From Ginglymostoma cirratum (lineage: Eukaryota): a stretch of 64,000 bases of DNA. Position 1 is the first letter of the stretch; the number at the start of each line of letters is the position of its first letter. Of this stretch, positions 1-12,354 are shown one piece after another. The notes under the pieces are model-generated. The model ran no database searches, had not been told where the DNA came from, and saw only the letters and a program-made list of their open reading frames with translations. The position numbers and the translations under genes were made by a program. Location of the stretch: positions 21,018,239 through 21,082,238 of the forward strand of contig JAHRHZ010000009.1 of assembly GCA_024137785.1 (NCBI GenBank), written 5' to 3'.

Positions 1-522
1 AAACAGAAGTTGCTGTCTCAGGCTTGCTGCAGTGTTCCAATGAAGCTCAGCGCAAGCTGGAAGAACAACACTTCATTTTCCACTTGGGGACCGTGCAGCC
101 CTCTGGACTCAATATCGAGTTCAATAATTTTAGGGCCCGAATGTCCCCCATGTCCCAGCCCCCTACCCCATACAACAGGCCTTTTATTACATAGCCTGCC
201 ATTACACAGTACCTACTGTTAGCCACTAACAATCTCCATTAACAGCTATTCACTCTCTTAGCCAGATCGTTATCCACTCCTTTGTCTATCCAACTGTTCT
301 TCTCTATCCCCACCTATCATTTACTCCTCAGCTGTTCCCCGCACCCTATCTTTTACATATAAACCAACATTTTCCTAGCTACCATCAGTTCTGACGAAGG
401 GTCACCAGACCCAAAATGTTAACTCTGATTTTTCTTCACAGATGCTGCCAGACCTGTTGAGTTTTTCCAGCAACTTCTATTTTTGTTCCTGATTTACAGC
501 ATCTGCAGTTCTTTGGGTTCTT
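1..522 (+). mobile_element. Penelope-like element 3' end (GIY-YIG C-terminus plus pLTR with decayed hammerhead)
   Basis: Frame 3 from position 15 reads VSGLLQCSNEAQRKLEEQHFIFHLGTVQPSGLNIEFNNFR, the PLE endonuclease tail. pLTR has CTGACGA-AGGGTC-acca-GACCC-aaaat-GTT at 391-420. Bases 1-15 are an inverted copy of the pLTR tail. Confidence 0.8.
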
Positions 523-524
523 AG

Positions 525-1172
525 AAACTGAACAGGATCAGTCCATATAAATACTAAGTCTACAAGAGTAGGTCAGAGCCTAGGAATTCTGTGGTGAGTA
601 ACTCATCTCCTGACAATGCAGAATCTGTCCACCATCTACAAGGCAAAGTCAGGAGGGTGACGAAATATTCTCCACTAGCATAGAAGAGTGTAATTCCAAC
701 AACTCAACAGGCTTTACAATGTATAGGATAAAGCAGCCCATATGAATTGCACACCATCTAACACCTTCACCATTCACTCCCTCTACCACCAACACACAAT
801 GACATCAACGAGTACTGTCTACAAGATACAGTGCAACAACTGACCAAGGCTCCTACCAATTACTTCTGACCATCCCACAAGCTATCCCACATAGAAGAAC
901 AAGGGCAGCAAAATTATGGAACACCACTACCTGTAAGTTTTTCTCCAAACCGCACACCATCCTGACTGGGAAATATACCATCATTCCTTCACTGTTGCTG
1001 GGTCAAAAATCTAAAACTCCATCCCTAGCAGTAATGTGGGTGTCCCTACACCACATGGACTGCATTAGTTTAGAAAGACAGTTCTACCACTAAATTCTCA
1101 AGGTCAATTAAAGAACAGCAGTAATTGCCAGCCTAGTCTGTAACGCCCACATCCCATGAATGAATTAAAAAC
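525..1172 (+). mobile_element. Decayed CR1/L2-group LINE 3' end
   Basis: Relic translation GQSLGILW*VTHLLTMQNLSTIYKA-VRRVTKYSPLA (post-RT region); ends in tgaatgaattaaaa; homologous to 5655-5958 and 28720-29155. Confidence 0.7.
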
Positions 1173-1724
1173 AAACTTGCAATTAAACCAAAAGGCTATT
1201 GCTAATTAGCAGATGATATAAATACAGCAGTACAAAGAGGACGGAGATAGATTTAAGTATTGACTGGCTGCTCAAAAGTTCATTGCTGTCTAAATTATTA
1301 CTGCAAAACCAATGAAGTGAAGCAAAATTTCCTGTGAAAAGTGGAAATGTTATTTTGAAAATGATTATGTTGCAAGCAATTTGCAGTTAAATGGCAACAT
1401 TAACACAGAGTCCATCCCATGGATATTTGGTAAGAGCACAAATCATAAGAGCAGAGTAGAAGAGACAATACTGAGGGAATTTCAATGCTTGCGGCCTTGA
1501 CAACTGAGGCAGCAATGATAGAACGAAGGAATTTACAAATGGACAGAAGTCCAGAATTCTTAAAAGTCTGAAGCACTGATGAAGACTATGGTGACATGTG
1601 GGAGTGAGGCCATGATCTGGTACAGAATTTTTGATTATTTACTATAAAAGATAACCATCTCCATGCCACATAGGCAAAGAAAAAACAATTTATGGTCCCT
1701 TTGGTTTTCATAGATCTCATTGAT

Positions 1725-1868
1725 TATCTTGATTATCAAAGGAATCAAGGGTTATGGGGAGAAAGTGGGAGAATGGGGCTGAGGACCTTATCAGCCATGA
1801 TTGAAGGGCGGAGCAGACTCGATGGGCCGAATAGCCTTATTTCTGCTCCTATGTCTTATGGTCTTATT
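1725..1868 (+). mobile_element. CR1 LINE 3' terminus
   Basis: Ends ...gactcgatgggccgaatagcct...ctcctatgtcttatggtcttat, a typical fish CR1 3' UTR and tail. Confidence 0.75.
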
Positions 1869-1995
1869 GTTTAGCTAATTACATACATGAAGTGACTATG
1901 GAGCTCTGTGACCAAAGCCAGAGCTAACTTGACTGAAAGAGTCAATAAGATACTGGAACAACATAGAACTTCAAATGACCGGGCTACATGCTGTC

Positions 1996-2353
1996 CAATA
2001 AAACAAGAAATTAAGGATTCTGGAGATGTGAAACAAAAATAGAAATTGCTGGAGAAACTCAGCAGGTCTGGCAGCATCTGTGGAGAGAAAACAGAGTTTT
2101 GTGACCCTTCTTCAGAAGGGACGGCCGTGGCTTACGATCCTACAATCCTTTGCCTGCCCAAGTTGATTTTTCTCTCTCTATGCTCCGTATCCACTTATCA
2201 CCTCACTTCTTCTGTTCCCTATCCAGTCATTTAATACCGTCTTTTCCAAGCTGCTATCAGTTCTGAGGAAGGATCACTGACTTGAAACGTTAGCTGTTTT
2301 CTCTCTGCAGATGCTGCCAGACCTGCTGAGTTACTCCAGCAGTTTCTGTTTCA
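1996..2353. mobile_element. Penelope-derived inverted pLTR pair
   Basis: About 2030-2117 is the reverse complement of about 2260-2352; hammerhead-like CTGAGGA...GAAACGTT at 2263-2291; degenerate TSD gctacatgctgt (1983-1994) / gcaacattctgt (2354-2365). Confidence 0.75.
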
Positions 2354-4065
2354 GCAACATTCTGTGTAAGGTCGACACTAAATTGCTCCTGAACCATAAT
2401 TTTTTAGGTCAAACAAGAACTTCTTTTCTTGTATTTCACACAGTACCACCCCAACTCCAATATTGATATCTTGAGTTCAATGTTACATGTGGGAGAGTTT
2501 GTGCTTAGGTTGTAGAAAACTTAATTCAGGAGTAAAGGAGAAGAATGATGTGATACTGTTTGGGTTTATTAGTGTTCCAGACAGGAGCACACTCTGTCTA
2601 AGTGCTCAGCCATGAACAAAGGTTTTATTGCTGAATGCAAATATGTAATTATCTAACAATTCATTGGAAATTGAGCACTGACCATTGAGCATAACACTCT
2701 CTGCAATTACCTTTGATCACTGTTGTGTCATTTCTTTCATGTTGCATTTTTCTTTTAAAATCCAGACTAATCATTTTCATATTTATTTGCTGGTTTATTC
2801 ATTTAATTGGAGACTTCTTGACTGCACAGTCACTAGGGATGCACCCTTTTCAACCTTGTTAGTAAATGATCATTTTCTAAAGAAATCTAACAATGAACTG
2901 ACATTCAAATCAGTTTTTATCAGATTAGGGGTATAGCGAGATATGCCGATGGTTTAGCAAAGACCAAACATGGATCAACTATGTGTTTTTTTCAGTGTTA
3001 CCAAGTCACACTCAACCATTTAGGAATGAACTGAATATAAACATCCTTGACCCTCAAAGCCTGCTTAAACACAAAATTCACTTCAAACCTACTGGTTCAT
3101 ATGTTAACTTTGCCCTGGAGCAAAGTACATGCTACAAAATTAGAGACTGCTCTGAGCATGTGGAGAGCACATAAATCATCAAGGTTTTAGTCCATCTGTT
3201 TACAGGATTACGCACAATGGAGATAGTTCAGTCCATCTTAGCTTATCCATCTAGATTTGTATTTTTAATCACTATCCCTCCGCTCTATTATACCATAATT
3301 TAAATAAATTAGTTTGGTTTCAAATTCCATCTAAATTACCCAGAGGACCAGTCCAAATATTGATAACTTCTTCACACAGAAACAATTTCCTGATATTTGT
3401 CTTATACTTTAACCATTTTTAGTCTACACCCTCTTGTTGAAGTAATGTTCCATTTACAACTTTTGTCTTTCATATTTTGTACTCTTCCATCAAGATCCAC
3501 ATTCAGCTGCTTACTTTCGAAGTCAGAGAACTCCAACCTCTTCAATCCTGGAATTCAATCTACAGAAACCAGCACTGTGGTTTTCTTTAATGTCACTGAG
3601 TCTCAACACAAGTGGCATGAAGTCAGTTTAGGGAACTGTACAGAATTAGCTTGATATCTTTTTTCTTCTAAGATAATAACTTATCCATTTTGTTTATTGC
3701 TGCTACATAAATTATTTCAGCCAGAATGGAAATGTATTTCATGCATGCTGTACTGGTGCCCAATTGCATTAGATTACAGTGCTTTTAATTTTTCCCATTA
3801 ATTGAAAATGTTTTCTTTTTCATTTTACCACCTACCCATTCATGTCCAAGCTACTTCTCTTTTGGTCAGATAATTTATACCCCCATGACTGCATTATACC
3901 AAATTCTCTTTTGTGTTTGAGAGAGAGTATTCTTGCTACGAACTGGTGCATTATTCAACAGTCTAGATGAAAATCTAGAAACATTTGCAGATTGAGGGTA
4001 GCAGAGATGAATCAAACATTGGAGTTGTAATTTAACTTGGGGTTTAGTCAGAGTCCAGAGAAGTG

Positions 4066-4553
4066 TTATAGAGTCCTAGAGTTATTGAGGTGTACAGCAC
4101 AGAAACACACCCTTCAGTGCAATTTCTCCACGACGACCAGAAACCCCTAATTAATCTAGTCCCATTTGCCAGAATTTGGCCCATACCTCTCTAAACCCTT
4201 CCTATTCATATATCTTCCAGATGCCTTTAAATTGTAACTGTTCCAGCTTCCATCATATCCTCTTGTTCCATACAAGCACCACCCTCGGTATGAAAAAGTT
4301 GCCCCTGAGGTCCCTTTTACATCTTTCTCCATCACCTCAAACCTATGCATTATAGTCTTGGACTCCTTACCCTGGGGAAAAGACTTTGGCTACTGATCTT
4401 ATCCATGGCCCTTACAATTTTATAAACTTCTATAAGGTCACCCCTCAGCCACTGATGCTCCAGAAAAATAACCCCAGCCTATTCAGCCTCTCCCTGTAGC
4501 TCAAACCGTCCAACCCTGGCAACAATTTGTAAAGCCTGTCTGAACCCTGCCAA
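4066..4553 (-). mobile_element. CR1 LINE 3' fragment
   Basis: Reverse complement of the element at 59838-60263; the ORF-track piece YMNRKGLERYGPNSGKWD is the CR1 ORF2 end. Confidence 0.8.
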
Positions 4554-5569
4554 CAGCGTATACATCAGCTTCTTTAAAAACTAGAATGCACCAACTGCTG
4601 AGTCAGAATGTAACCTACTCCCCACCCTGACCTGGCTCCAACACATCTGGCAGGATAAAACAATGAATCATTTGAATTTCTGAATCATTGTAGTGATGAT
4701 TTTATCAGAAATGCGGGGAAAAATAAACACTAAAACTTATGTGGAACTATTGACAATACTGACTGACATTCACGGTCCTCAACCAAAGAGGCAATTCCTC
4801 TTTCACTTTCAAACCTCAAGTTTGAACATCTCTACTTCTTCCAAACCTTACTCTGTTTGACCACCTTTTACCTAAATTCTCACTGCTCTGGAACCAGGGC
4901 TGTTCCTTAATCCTCTTCGATTCCAACTCCTTTCTCACAACAGCAAATCTATGAGATGTCACTGCTGCCATAGTCTTCACGTCCACTTTCAATCTATAAG
5001 CTGCTAAAACAATTAGTTAAATACTATGTTCTCCTTTCTCTCAAAATTTCATTGTTGTTTTTTTCAATGAAAGATAATACACCAATGCTACATTGTTCAA
5101 CTTATCCACAATGCTAATGAGTTCTCATTTGAGGACAAGCAGTCTGTGAGTGCACTGTCCACATCACTCATACAATGGTCATGCTATTAGTCAGAGCAAT
5201 TTCTGATCTGGTGGCATTTATAGATTTGAGAACGGTAATGGGCAGAAGATCAGCTCCAAAACACTTGCATTCTTGTAGCAATTTTCACAACCTCAGGGTG
5301 TTCCAAAGACCTTGACAACAAAGTAACTTTGAACTGTAGTCATGAGGCCACAATCATTCTATTTCTTTTCGGTAGTGGAACGCAAAATGTTCAGAAGGAA
5401 AAGGGAAAAAAGAACTTGCATTTATACTGCGACTTTCGTGACCTCAGGCTGAACCAAATCAGTTCACAGCGATAGAAGTACTTTTGATGAATAGACACTG
5501 GTATAACATAGGAACACATGGGAGTCAGTCTGGAAGTCTGATACTTTAGATTTGAAGAGTGAGTATCAA

Positions 5570-6302
5570 CTGTGGCTCAACTGGCAGCACTCTCACCGGG
5601 TGTTAAATTCCCAGGCCAGGTTACAGAACACTATATTTGGGTTGATATTCAACCAGCAAACAGCCACTTACATCTAGAAAGACAAGGGTAACAGATAGAT
5701 TGAAACACCACCACTTACAAATTCCCCTCAAAGCCACTCACTACCCTAACTTGGAAAAAATATCACTGTTCCTTCACTGTTGTTAGGTCAAAATCCTGAA
5801 ATTCTCTCCCTTATGGCATTTTGAACCTACCTACAGTACGTGGACTGCAGTAACTCAAGAAGACATCTCACAACCATCTTCACAAGTGCAATGAGAGACA
5901 GGCAATAAATGCTGACCTAGTCAGCAACATCCGTGTCCCACAAGTGAAATTTTAAAAAATCAAATACAATACCAAGGGAGTGTTTCACCTTCAGAGGTGA
6001 AACTTTTGGATGAGATGTTAAACTGAGATGCTAATCCTAACCCTTTCCATTTGATGTGAAACATTCCTTGATGTTGTTTGACGAAGAGCTAAGGAAGTCT
6101 CCTGGTGTCCTGGCCAATATTTATCTCTCAAATTACATCACTAGTATAGATTTAACTGATCATAATTACATTGTTGCTTGTGGGAGTTTGCAGTGTACCA
6201 ATTGGCTGCTACATTTCCAAGATTACAACTATGACGACACTTCAAAAATATTGAATTAGCAGTAAAGCACTTTGGGAAGTTCCAAAGTCATGAAAGATGC
6301 TC
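5570..6302 (+). mobile_element. Deu-domain SINE (SacSINE1-like), interrupted by a LINE fragment
   Basis: tRNA-like head gtggctcaactggcagcac; Deu core ttttggatgagatgttaaactgag...cctggtgtcctggccaatatttatc. Confidence 0.7.
5655..5958 (+). mobile_element. LINE 3' fragment nested in the SINE
   Basis: Homologous to 880-1170 (acaccaccacttacaaattcccctc...ccttcactgttgttaggtcaaaatcctg). Confidence 0.7.
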
Positions 6303-6639
6303 AGTCATTACCAAATGTAATTTAGAAAGGAGAACAGATGAACGTGAAGGAAACATGATCAAAATTACAAACCAAAAACTGGAGACATACTGACAGGAAA
6401 AGGGAAAAAGAGGCAAAGGCACTTTTGACATTGTTTTTCAAGGAGGTGAACTCAATGGGAACTTCCATGCCCTTCAGCCACAATTTGCATGGAAGGAGCA
6501 ATGGAATAATGAGAAGAATGAAGAGAAACTCAGGAGAAATTGACCTAAATGCCTAGTTTTGCATTGTAAGGTCAAGATTACAGTAATAAATTTTCTGGCA
6601 GGAATATTAAAATGTTCATATTTATTTCAGCAGCATTTG

Positions 6640-7440
6640 ATTCAGAATCACACAATTATTACAATGCAGAAGGAGACCATTTGGTCCATTGTGCCTGCAG
6701 CAGCTCTTCAAACGAGTATCATTAGCTAGTGCCAATTTCCTGCATTTCCTTCATACCCTTGCACACTATTTCTATCAAAACAATCATCCAATGCCCTCTT
6801 TAACATCTCAATTACATTTGCCTCCACCACATTCCCAGGCAGTGCATTCCGTATCATACCTACTCACTGAGTGAAAATATTTTTTTCTCACATCACCCCG
6901 ACTCTTCTTGCACATCATTTTAAATCTATGCCCTCTCATTCTTTTTCTTTCTATTAGCGGGAACAATGTCTCCCTGTCTATGCTATCCAGTCCACTCGTG
7001 ATTTTGAAAACCTCAATCTAATCTCCTCTCAGCCTTGTCTCCAAGGCGAACAGTCCCAACTTCTTCAATCTATCTCATAATTGAAGTTTCTCACACCTGG
7101 AAGTATTTTTTGTAAATTGCTCTGCACACTCTCCAATGTATTTCCATCTTTCCTATAATGTGGCGTGCACAACTGTTCACAATACTATAGCTAAGGTCTA
7201 ACAGGTGTCTTATACAAATTCATCGTTATCTCCTTGCTCTTGTACTCTGTGATAAAGCTGAGGATGCCCTTTGCTCTATTAACTGCCTTCCTTACATGTG
7301 CTGTCACTTTCAACGATATGTGCACATATGTACCCAGGTCCTCTGCTCCTGTACTCTCTTTAGAATCACACCCCTATTTTATACTGTCTTTCAATGTTGT
7401 TCCCACAAAGTGCTTCCCTCACATTTCTCTGCATTGAGCC
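6640..7440 (-). mobile_element. CR1 LINE fragment
   Basis: Begins with a reverse CR1 tail (agaatcacac...gaaggagaccatttggtccattgtgc) followed by the decayed ORF2 end. Confidence 0.7.
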
Positions 7441-7654
7441 TCATAATGCCTATTTGCATTAGTTTTCCTTACTCTGGATTGTTGCATGTCATTCTCCACC
7501 ACCATCCTGAAATTTATGATACAATGATCTCCTAAATATCGCCCCACTGACATTTGATCCACTTGGCCTATCTCATTTCCAAGCATTAGGTGCAGCAGTA
7601 CATTGTATCTCGTTGGACTGCACACATATTGCCGTAGGAAATTCTCCTCAATGT

Positions 7655-7905
7655 AGGAACACTTCCAATTTTAAAATTGTCATTCCTGTGTTCAAATCGC
7701 TCAACAGACCTCATTCTACCCTATCATAGAGTCTTCCTCCATCTATGCAACCTACCAAATTGTATGTAGTCCTCCAATTCTGACCTATCATTCATTCCTG
7801 ATTTGCTTCCATTAGCAGTAATGCCTTTAGCTGTCTTTACACTAAGCTCAAGAATTTCATCCCTAAACCTGCCTGTCCTCTTTTAAAACATGCTTTGATC
7901 ATGGC
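7655..7905 (+). mobile_element. L2-like LINE 3' fragment
   Basis: ttttaaaattgtcattcctgtgttcaaatcgctc...gcctttagctgtc; inverse homology to 30940-31170. Confidence 0.5.
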
Positions 7906-8115
7906 TAACAGTTCAATGCAGTCCTGAGGGCCCACTGTACTGTTACAGGTATTGACTTCTGAATGAGGTGTTAAAATGAAGCTACATCTGCTATTTTGGG
8001 CGGACATAAAAGTTACACAATACAACATTTCAAAAACAGCAGGGAAATTAGTCCTGGCGTCCTAGCAAATATTTGTCCTTCATTCACCATTACAAAAGAA
8101 GATTATCTGGACATT

Positions 8116-8329
8116 AGAGATAACAAGGTGTACTGGATGAACACAAGCAGGCCAAGCAGCATCAGAGGAGCAAGAAAGCTGACGTTTCGGGTCGATTTTT
8201 TTCTGAAGAAGGGAATCGACCCGAAACGTCAGCTTTCTTGCTCCTCTGATGCTGCTTGGCCTGTTGTGTTCATCCAGCTGTACACCTTGTTATCTCAAAT
8301 TCTCCAGCATCGGCAGTTCCTACAATCTC
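8116..8329. mobile_element. Penelope-derived palindromic element with 14-bp TSD
   Basis: TSD attatctggacatt at 8102-8115 and 8330-8343; arms at about 8117-8196 and 8214-8296 are near-perfect inverted repeats. Confidence 0.85.
8199..8234 (+). ncRNA. Minimal hammerhead ribozyme motif (PLE type)
   Basis: CTGAAGA-A-GGG-aatcga-CCC-GAAAC-GTC at 8203-8230; stem I is weak. Confidence 0.6.
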
Positions 8330-8640
8330 ATTATCTGGACATTGTTAGTTTACTGTTTGTGGGAGCTTGCCAAGTGCAAATTAGCTGCTGAATTTTTGAC
8401 ATTATAAAACAGTGGTTTTAAAAAATCATTGGCTCTAATGAACTCCAGTGGTCCTGAAAAGCATTATCAGAATGTAAGCCTTCCTATCTTTAAAATCTAC
8501 CCTTTTAATCAAGTATTGCCTCAATAACCCATGAAGTGATATCAAATGTTCAGTAATGATAATGTTCCTGTGGAGTTTCATAGGACATTTTACTGGAGTA
8601 AAAGACACTATATTAATGCAACCTGTTGTTGATATTTACC

Positions 8641-8915
8641 CAAATTCATTGCATAGGACTTTAATGTGGTGTGTTTTAATTCAATACACGTGATTTACAC
8701 TGCATATCATTCATTGCATGCAGTTTACAGGATGCATTTTAATTCAACGCACATGGTTTTCACCATGTGTTTTAATTCACTACATGTAGTTACAATACGT
8801 ATGTTAATTAAGGGCACTCCATTTACAACAGGCATTTTAATTCACTACACGCAGTTTTACACCGTGCGTTCAATTTACAACACACGGTTTACACTGTCGT
8901 TTAATGCAGCACAGT
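8641..8915. repeat. Degenerate minisatellite of about 32-bp units (about 8 copies) with an internal hairpin
   Basis: Recurring ttaattca...CAYRYRGT-ttac-ACCRTGYG, e.g. cacatggt-tttc-accatgtg at about 8749-8768. Confidence 0.7.
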
Positions 8916-10268
8916 TGAAAATCTGGCAATAAAGCAAATTAGCAGCTGTCATACAAACGGGCTATCAGAGACACCCAAATGGTAAATTCTGTCAGGGTTA
9001 CATGTACGTCTGGAACCAGTCAAGTGAACTGAAGTGGTGTTAACAAATTCCCGGACTTAAAAGAGGGCAGACTGTGACATATTGCTTGTGCTGGTTGGTT
9101 AATAAAAGGATACTAAAACTGACTAGTGAGAGACGCTCAGCTGCAAGTTAAGCTAATGAATGAAGAGGTGTTGCATAGGAGACGTGATAAGCTGTTACTG
9201 TCTGTGTGATACAAAACTCCCATCACCCTCACACTGGGCCAAACGTCTGGTCAGTCATATCTGTGCTTTGCTATTCATCTCAGGAGAGGTAGATTAGCTG
9301 CTGGACCTTGACATAATTGAACTCCAATGTACACGCTCCAACTGAGCACCAAATTACTACAAGGTGGACAAAGGTCTGCAGGCATCTTTGAGCCAAGATG
9401 TTAAGCCCCACTTTCAGTTATATCTTTTCCTTTGTAATCACTGTTCCTTCACCATCTATCAATGGCCAAGTGGACCTCTGAAAGTAGGGCCAGCTTTGCC
9501 TTGTGCTTCTGTCATATTCCCAAATGTACCATCTGAAGGGCTTGTGTAGATTATGTTGTTTATACTTTCCACATAAAAGTTAAATAAGACACATCCTCTT
9601 ATAATCTCATCTCTTCAACCAATTCTTTGCAATATGATAAAAATCAGAAATGAAACAGTTTTCTATTAATGTAATCTAATTAATGAAAATAGATTTTACA
9701 TTCTGTCTTCCAGGAAACAGAGAAAAAAGTATTTAGAATGATTCAGACAAGAGACTACACAATATAAGCTCACATTGTAATGAGATACTGATCTATTTTT
9801 AACAATGACAACGGTGTAGGCTGTCCATCGAGTGGCGATGGAACCACTTAGTCTCAGATCAAGTATCCCGTTCAGTTTTCAGTTTCCCCAAAGAATTGTA
9901 TACCTCGGTTATTCCTGTTTTGGGTCAAGGAGGCAGATAAACATGGTCGTATCGTTAAACCATAAAGACAGATGAATTACAAAATAATAGCTTGTTGAAG
10001 CTGGATTTACCAAGGATCAAAAATATCTAATCTGTAACTAAAGTAGCTGGAATGAAACAGCTGTCCAGCTCTGCATTTCCCTTCATAAGCCTACCTCTCT
10101 GCCACCTTTATCATAAAGCTGAGTTGAAGCAGTAGATTTTAAGGAACATCTTAAAAATGAACTGCCATCTAATATTTCCTGATCATTGTCAAATTTTGAT
10201 TGATAATGTGTCAGTGAAGCACCTTGGTATTATCTGACAAGGTGCTATTTAATATGTTGTTGCTGTAA

Positions 10269-10610
10269 AGAATCATAGAATCCCTACAGTGCGGAAGCAG
10301 GCCATTCAGCCCATCGAGTCTACACCAACACTTTGAAGAGTATCCCGCCCAAACCCATCCCCCTCCTCTATCCCTGTGACCCTGTATTTCCCATGACTGA
10401 CCTATCTAACCTACACATCCCTGGACACAATGGCAAATTTAGCATGGCTAATCCTGCACATCTTTTGCCTGTGAGAGGAAACCAGAGCATCCGGATGAAA
10501 CCTACACAGACACAGACAGAATGTGCAAACTCCCCACAGTCACCTGAGGATGGAATCAAACCCGGGTTCCTGGCACTGTTAAGCAGCAGTGGTAACTACT
10601 GAGTCGCCAC
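10269..10610 (-). mobile_element. HE1-type V-SINE
   Basis: The reverse complement carries a tRNA head, the V-domain ctgtgkggagtttgcacattct and a CR1-derived tail; homologous to 30596-30936 and 53690-53998. Confidence 0.85.
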
Positions 10611-12269
10611 TGGCTAATGAAAAGTCTAATATTGGTTTTAGAATGGTACCAGGACGCCGTGCTGCTTTGAGAGGCCAGGTCTGAAAACTAATCTGAAGCC
10701 AGAAGGAACAGCAGCATGTCTTCCATCTCTAGGTCATCTCCAGTAACTGCAATCACACTCACTATTATCCACTTTCCACCTCCATCAATTCCATTGTCCA
10801 CCCTCTCTGCCACCCAAAAAAGATGGAAAACATACTACAGATTAGATTAAGAATTATTTTCCTATAGTGTATTGATGTATTATACCAAACAAGCCTATTG
10901 ACAATACTGATGTATATGTTTCGAGCAATTACAGCTCGCAATTCCCACAGTTACTGCTTTGTCAAACATTTAGGTTCTTTTTCATTTGGCTGCAAGGGTG
11001 ACAATGTACAACATTAATGGGATAGCTGGCATTCAGTTAATGCTCAAAGATGAATAATTATTTTGTCAATATTTTGTTTTAATCAGGGTTATCCTTAGAA
11101 AGCAATCAAAAATAGTCAATTTGCATAATGTTGTAATAAATCCCAGTTCATTCAGCAAATCAACCTAACCAAGGACAGCAAAAATCATAATAAAACGATT
11201 GAGTTTGCATTAATATCAGAGACGCAAATGATCAGCCCTTAAGTCTCCAGCTGTCCGCAAGTTAAATGTGTTGAATGTTTTTAAAAATTTGATTTGCAAA
11301 ACCTCTGCACTACTTGTTCAATATTGTAAGTAGCAAACTGCCTTACTCCAATTAGCACATGATTAGATGCGACATTAGCTTGGTAAGAGAAAAGAACCTG
11401 GGGATTAATTGGATAGCTCTCCCAAAGAGCCAGTGCAGACACAATGGGCCAAACAGCATACTCCTGTGCTGTATTACTTCGTGAGTCAACATGTCTTGCT
11501 TGGATTGGAAACTCTAAATAGAAACAAAATGTAGGTTGGCAGCTTTGAATTCAGTGCTTCTGTGGGGGTAGCAACACTTGAGATGTGGTTAAAATCACTT
11601 CTAATTTGCTAATTTTATGGCCAGCAATAAAAATGGAGAGAAAAGAAATCATTTGTGGGCCCTCAGCAGACCAACGTGCTCCATCTTTCTTTACTGTACT
11701 GCGAAAATCAGCTACACTCCATACCCATTAAGTTTTATTACTAGTATTCAGCAATTCCCGCATGCCATTGGCATGACAGATGCAGTTCCATAAAATTAGA
11801 TCCCAATGATCCCAAATGAATATAATTTCCATTGTGTTTATACAACTCCTTCAACAGCAGTTGGCTCTGATATTGGATCTTCTAACATGACAGAAAGTGC
11901 ATTGCACTCAAATCAGGTCAGTCTTTGTTCATTTTTGCTTAGACAAAAAGGTAATGTCACCCTTTTTAGGGAATATTAAAGCTTGTGATATGTGTCTGTA
12001 ATCTACTAAAGTGACCGGATCAAAATGCAAAGCAATGGTGTGGGACGGAATGGACCAAAGAATATGACATTCTTGAATTTCGTCATCAACTGAACATCTT
12101 AAGGACTAGCAGGACTCAACACAAAGACGTAGAGGGTCTCAGCAACTATGACAAGACAGGCAAGAATGTGTACTGCATGAAAATGTACAGAAAAAAAATG
12201 TCACTGATAAACAATAATTAGAAATGAACAGAAAGAAAAGTTTAGGGTGTTTTAACAGGATAAAATGAA

Positions 12270-12354
12270 TAAACAGCAACAAAAACACAAAATACACAAA
12301 CTGTAATTTAAACAATGGCATAAAATGAATTTAATGATCAGGCTATACTTTATT
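12270..12354 (-). terminator. Candidate intronic polyadenylation site in PCDH9 sense
   Basis: Minus strand AATAAA (12354-12349), preceded by AU-rich/TGTA sequence and followed by a GU-rich tract tttgtgtattttgtgtttttgttgctgttt. Confidence 0.45.

Larger units (their letters stand above)
7925..8480 (+). mobile_element. Deu-domain SINE interrupted by a Penelope hairpin
   Basis: Deu core gaatgaggtgttaaaatgaag...cctggcgtcctagcaaatatttgtcc resumes after 8343 with ctgtttgtgggagcttgc. Confidence 0.7.

Noticed and set aside
8641-8915. CRISPR-like appearance of the palindromic repeats
   Set aside because: Units are contiguous without unique spacers, there are no cas genes, and the context is vertebrate.
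10520-10610. tRNA-like A/B boxes here and at about 30600, 53695, 55265 and 62780-62990
   Set aside because: SINE heads; no complete cloverleaf.
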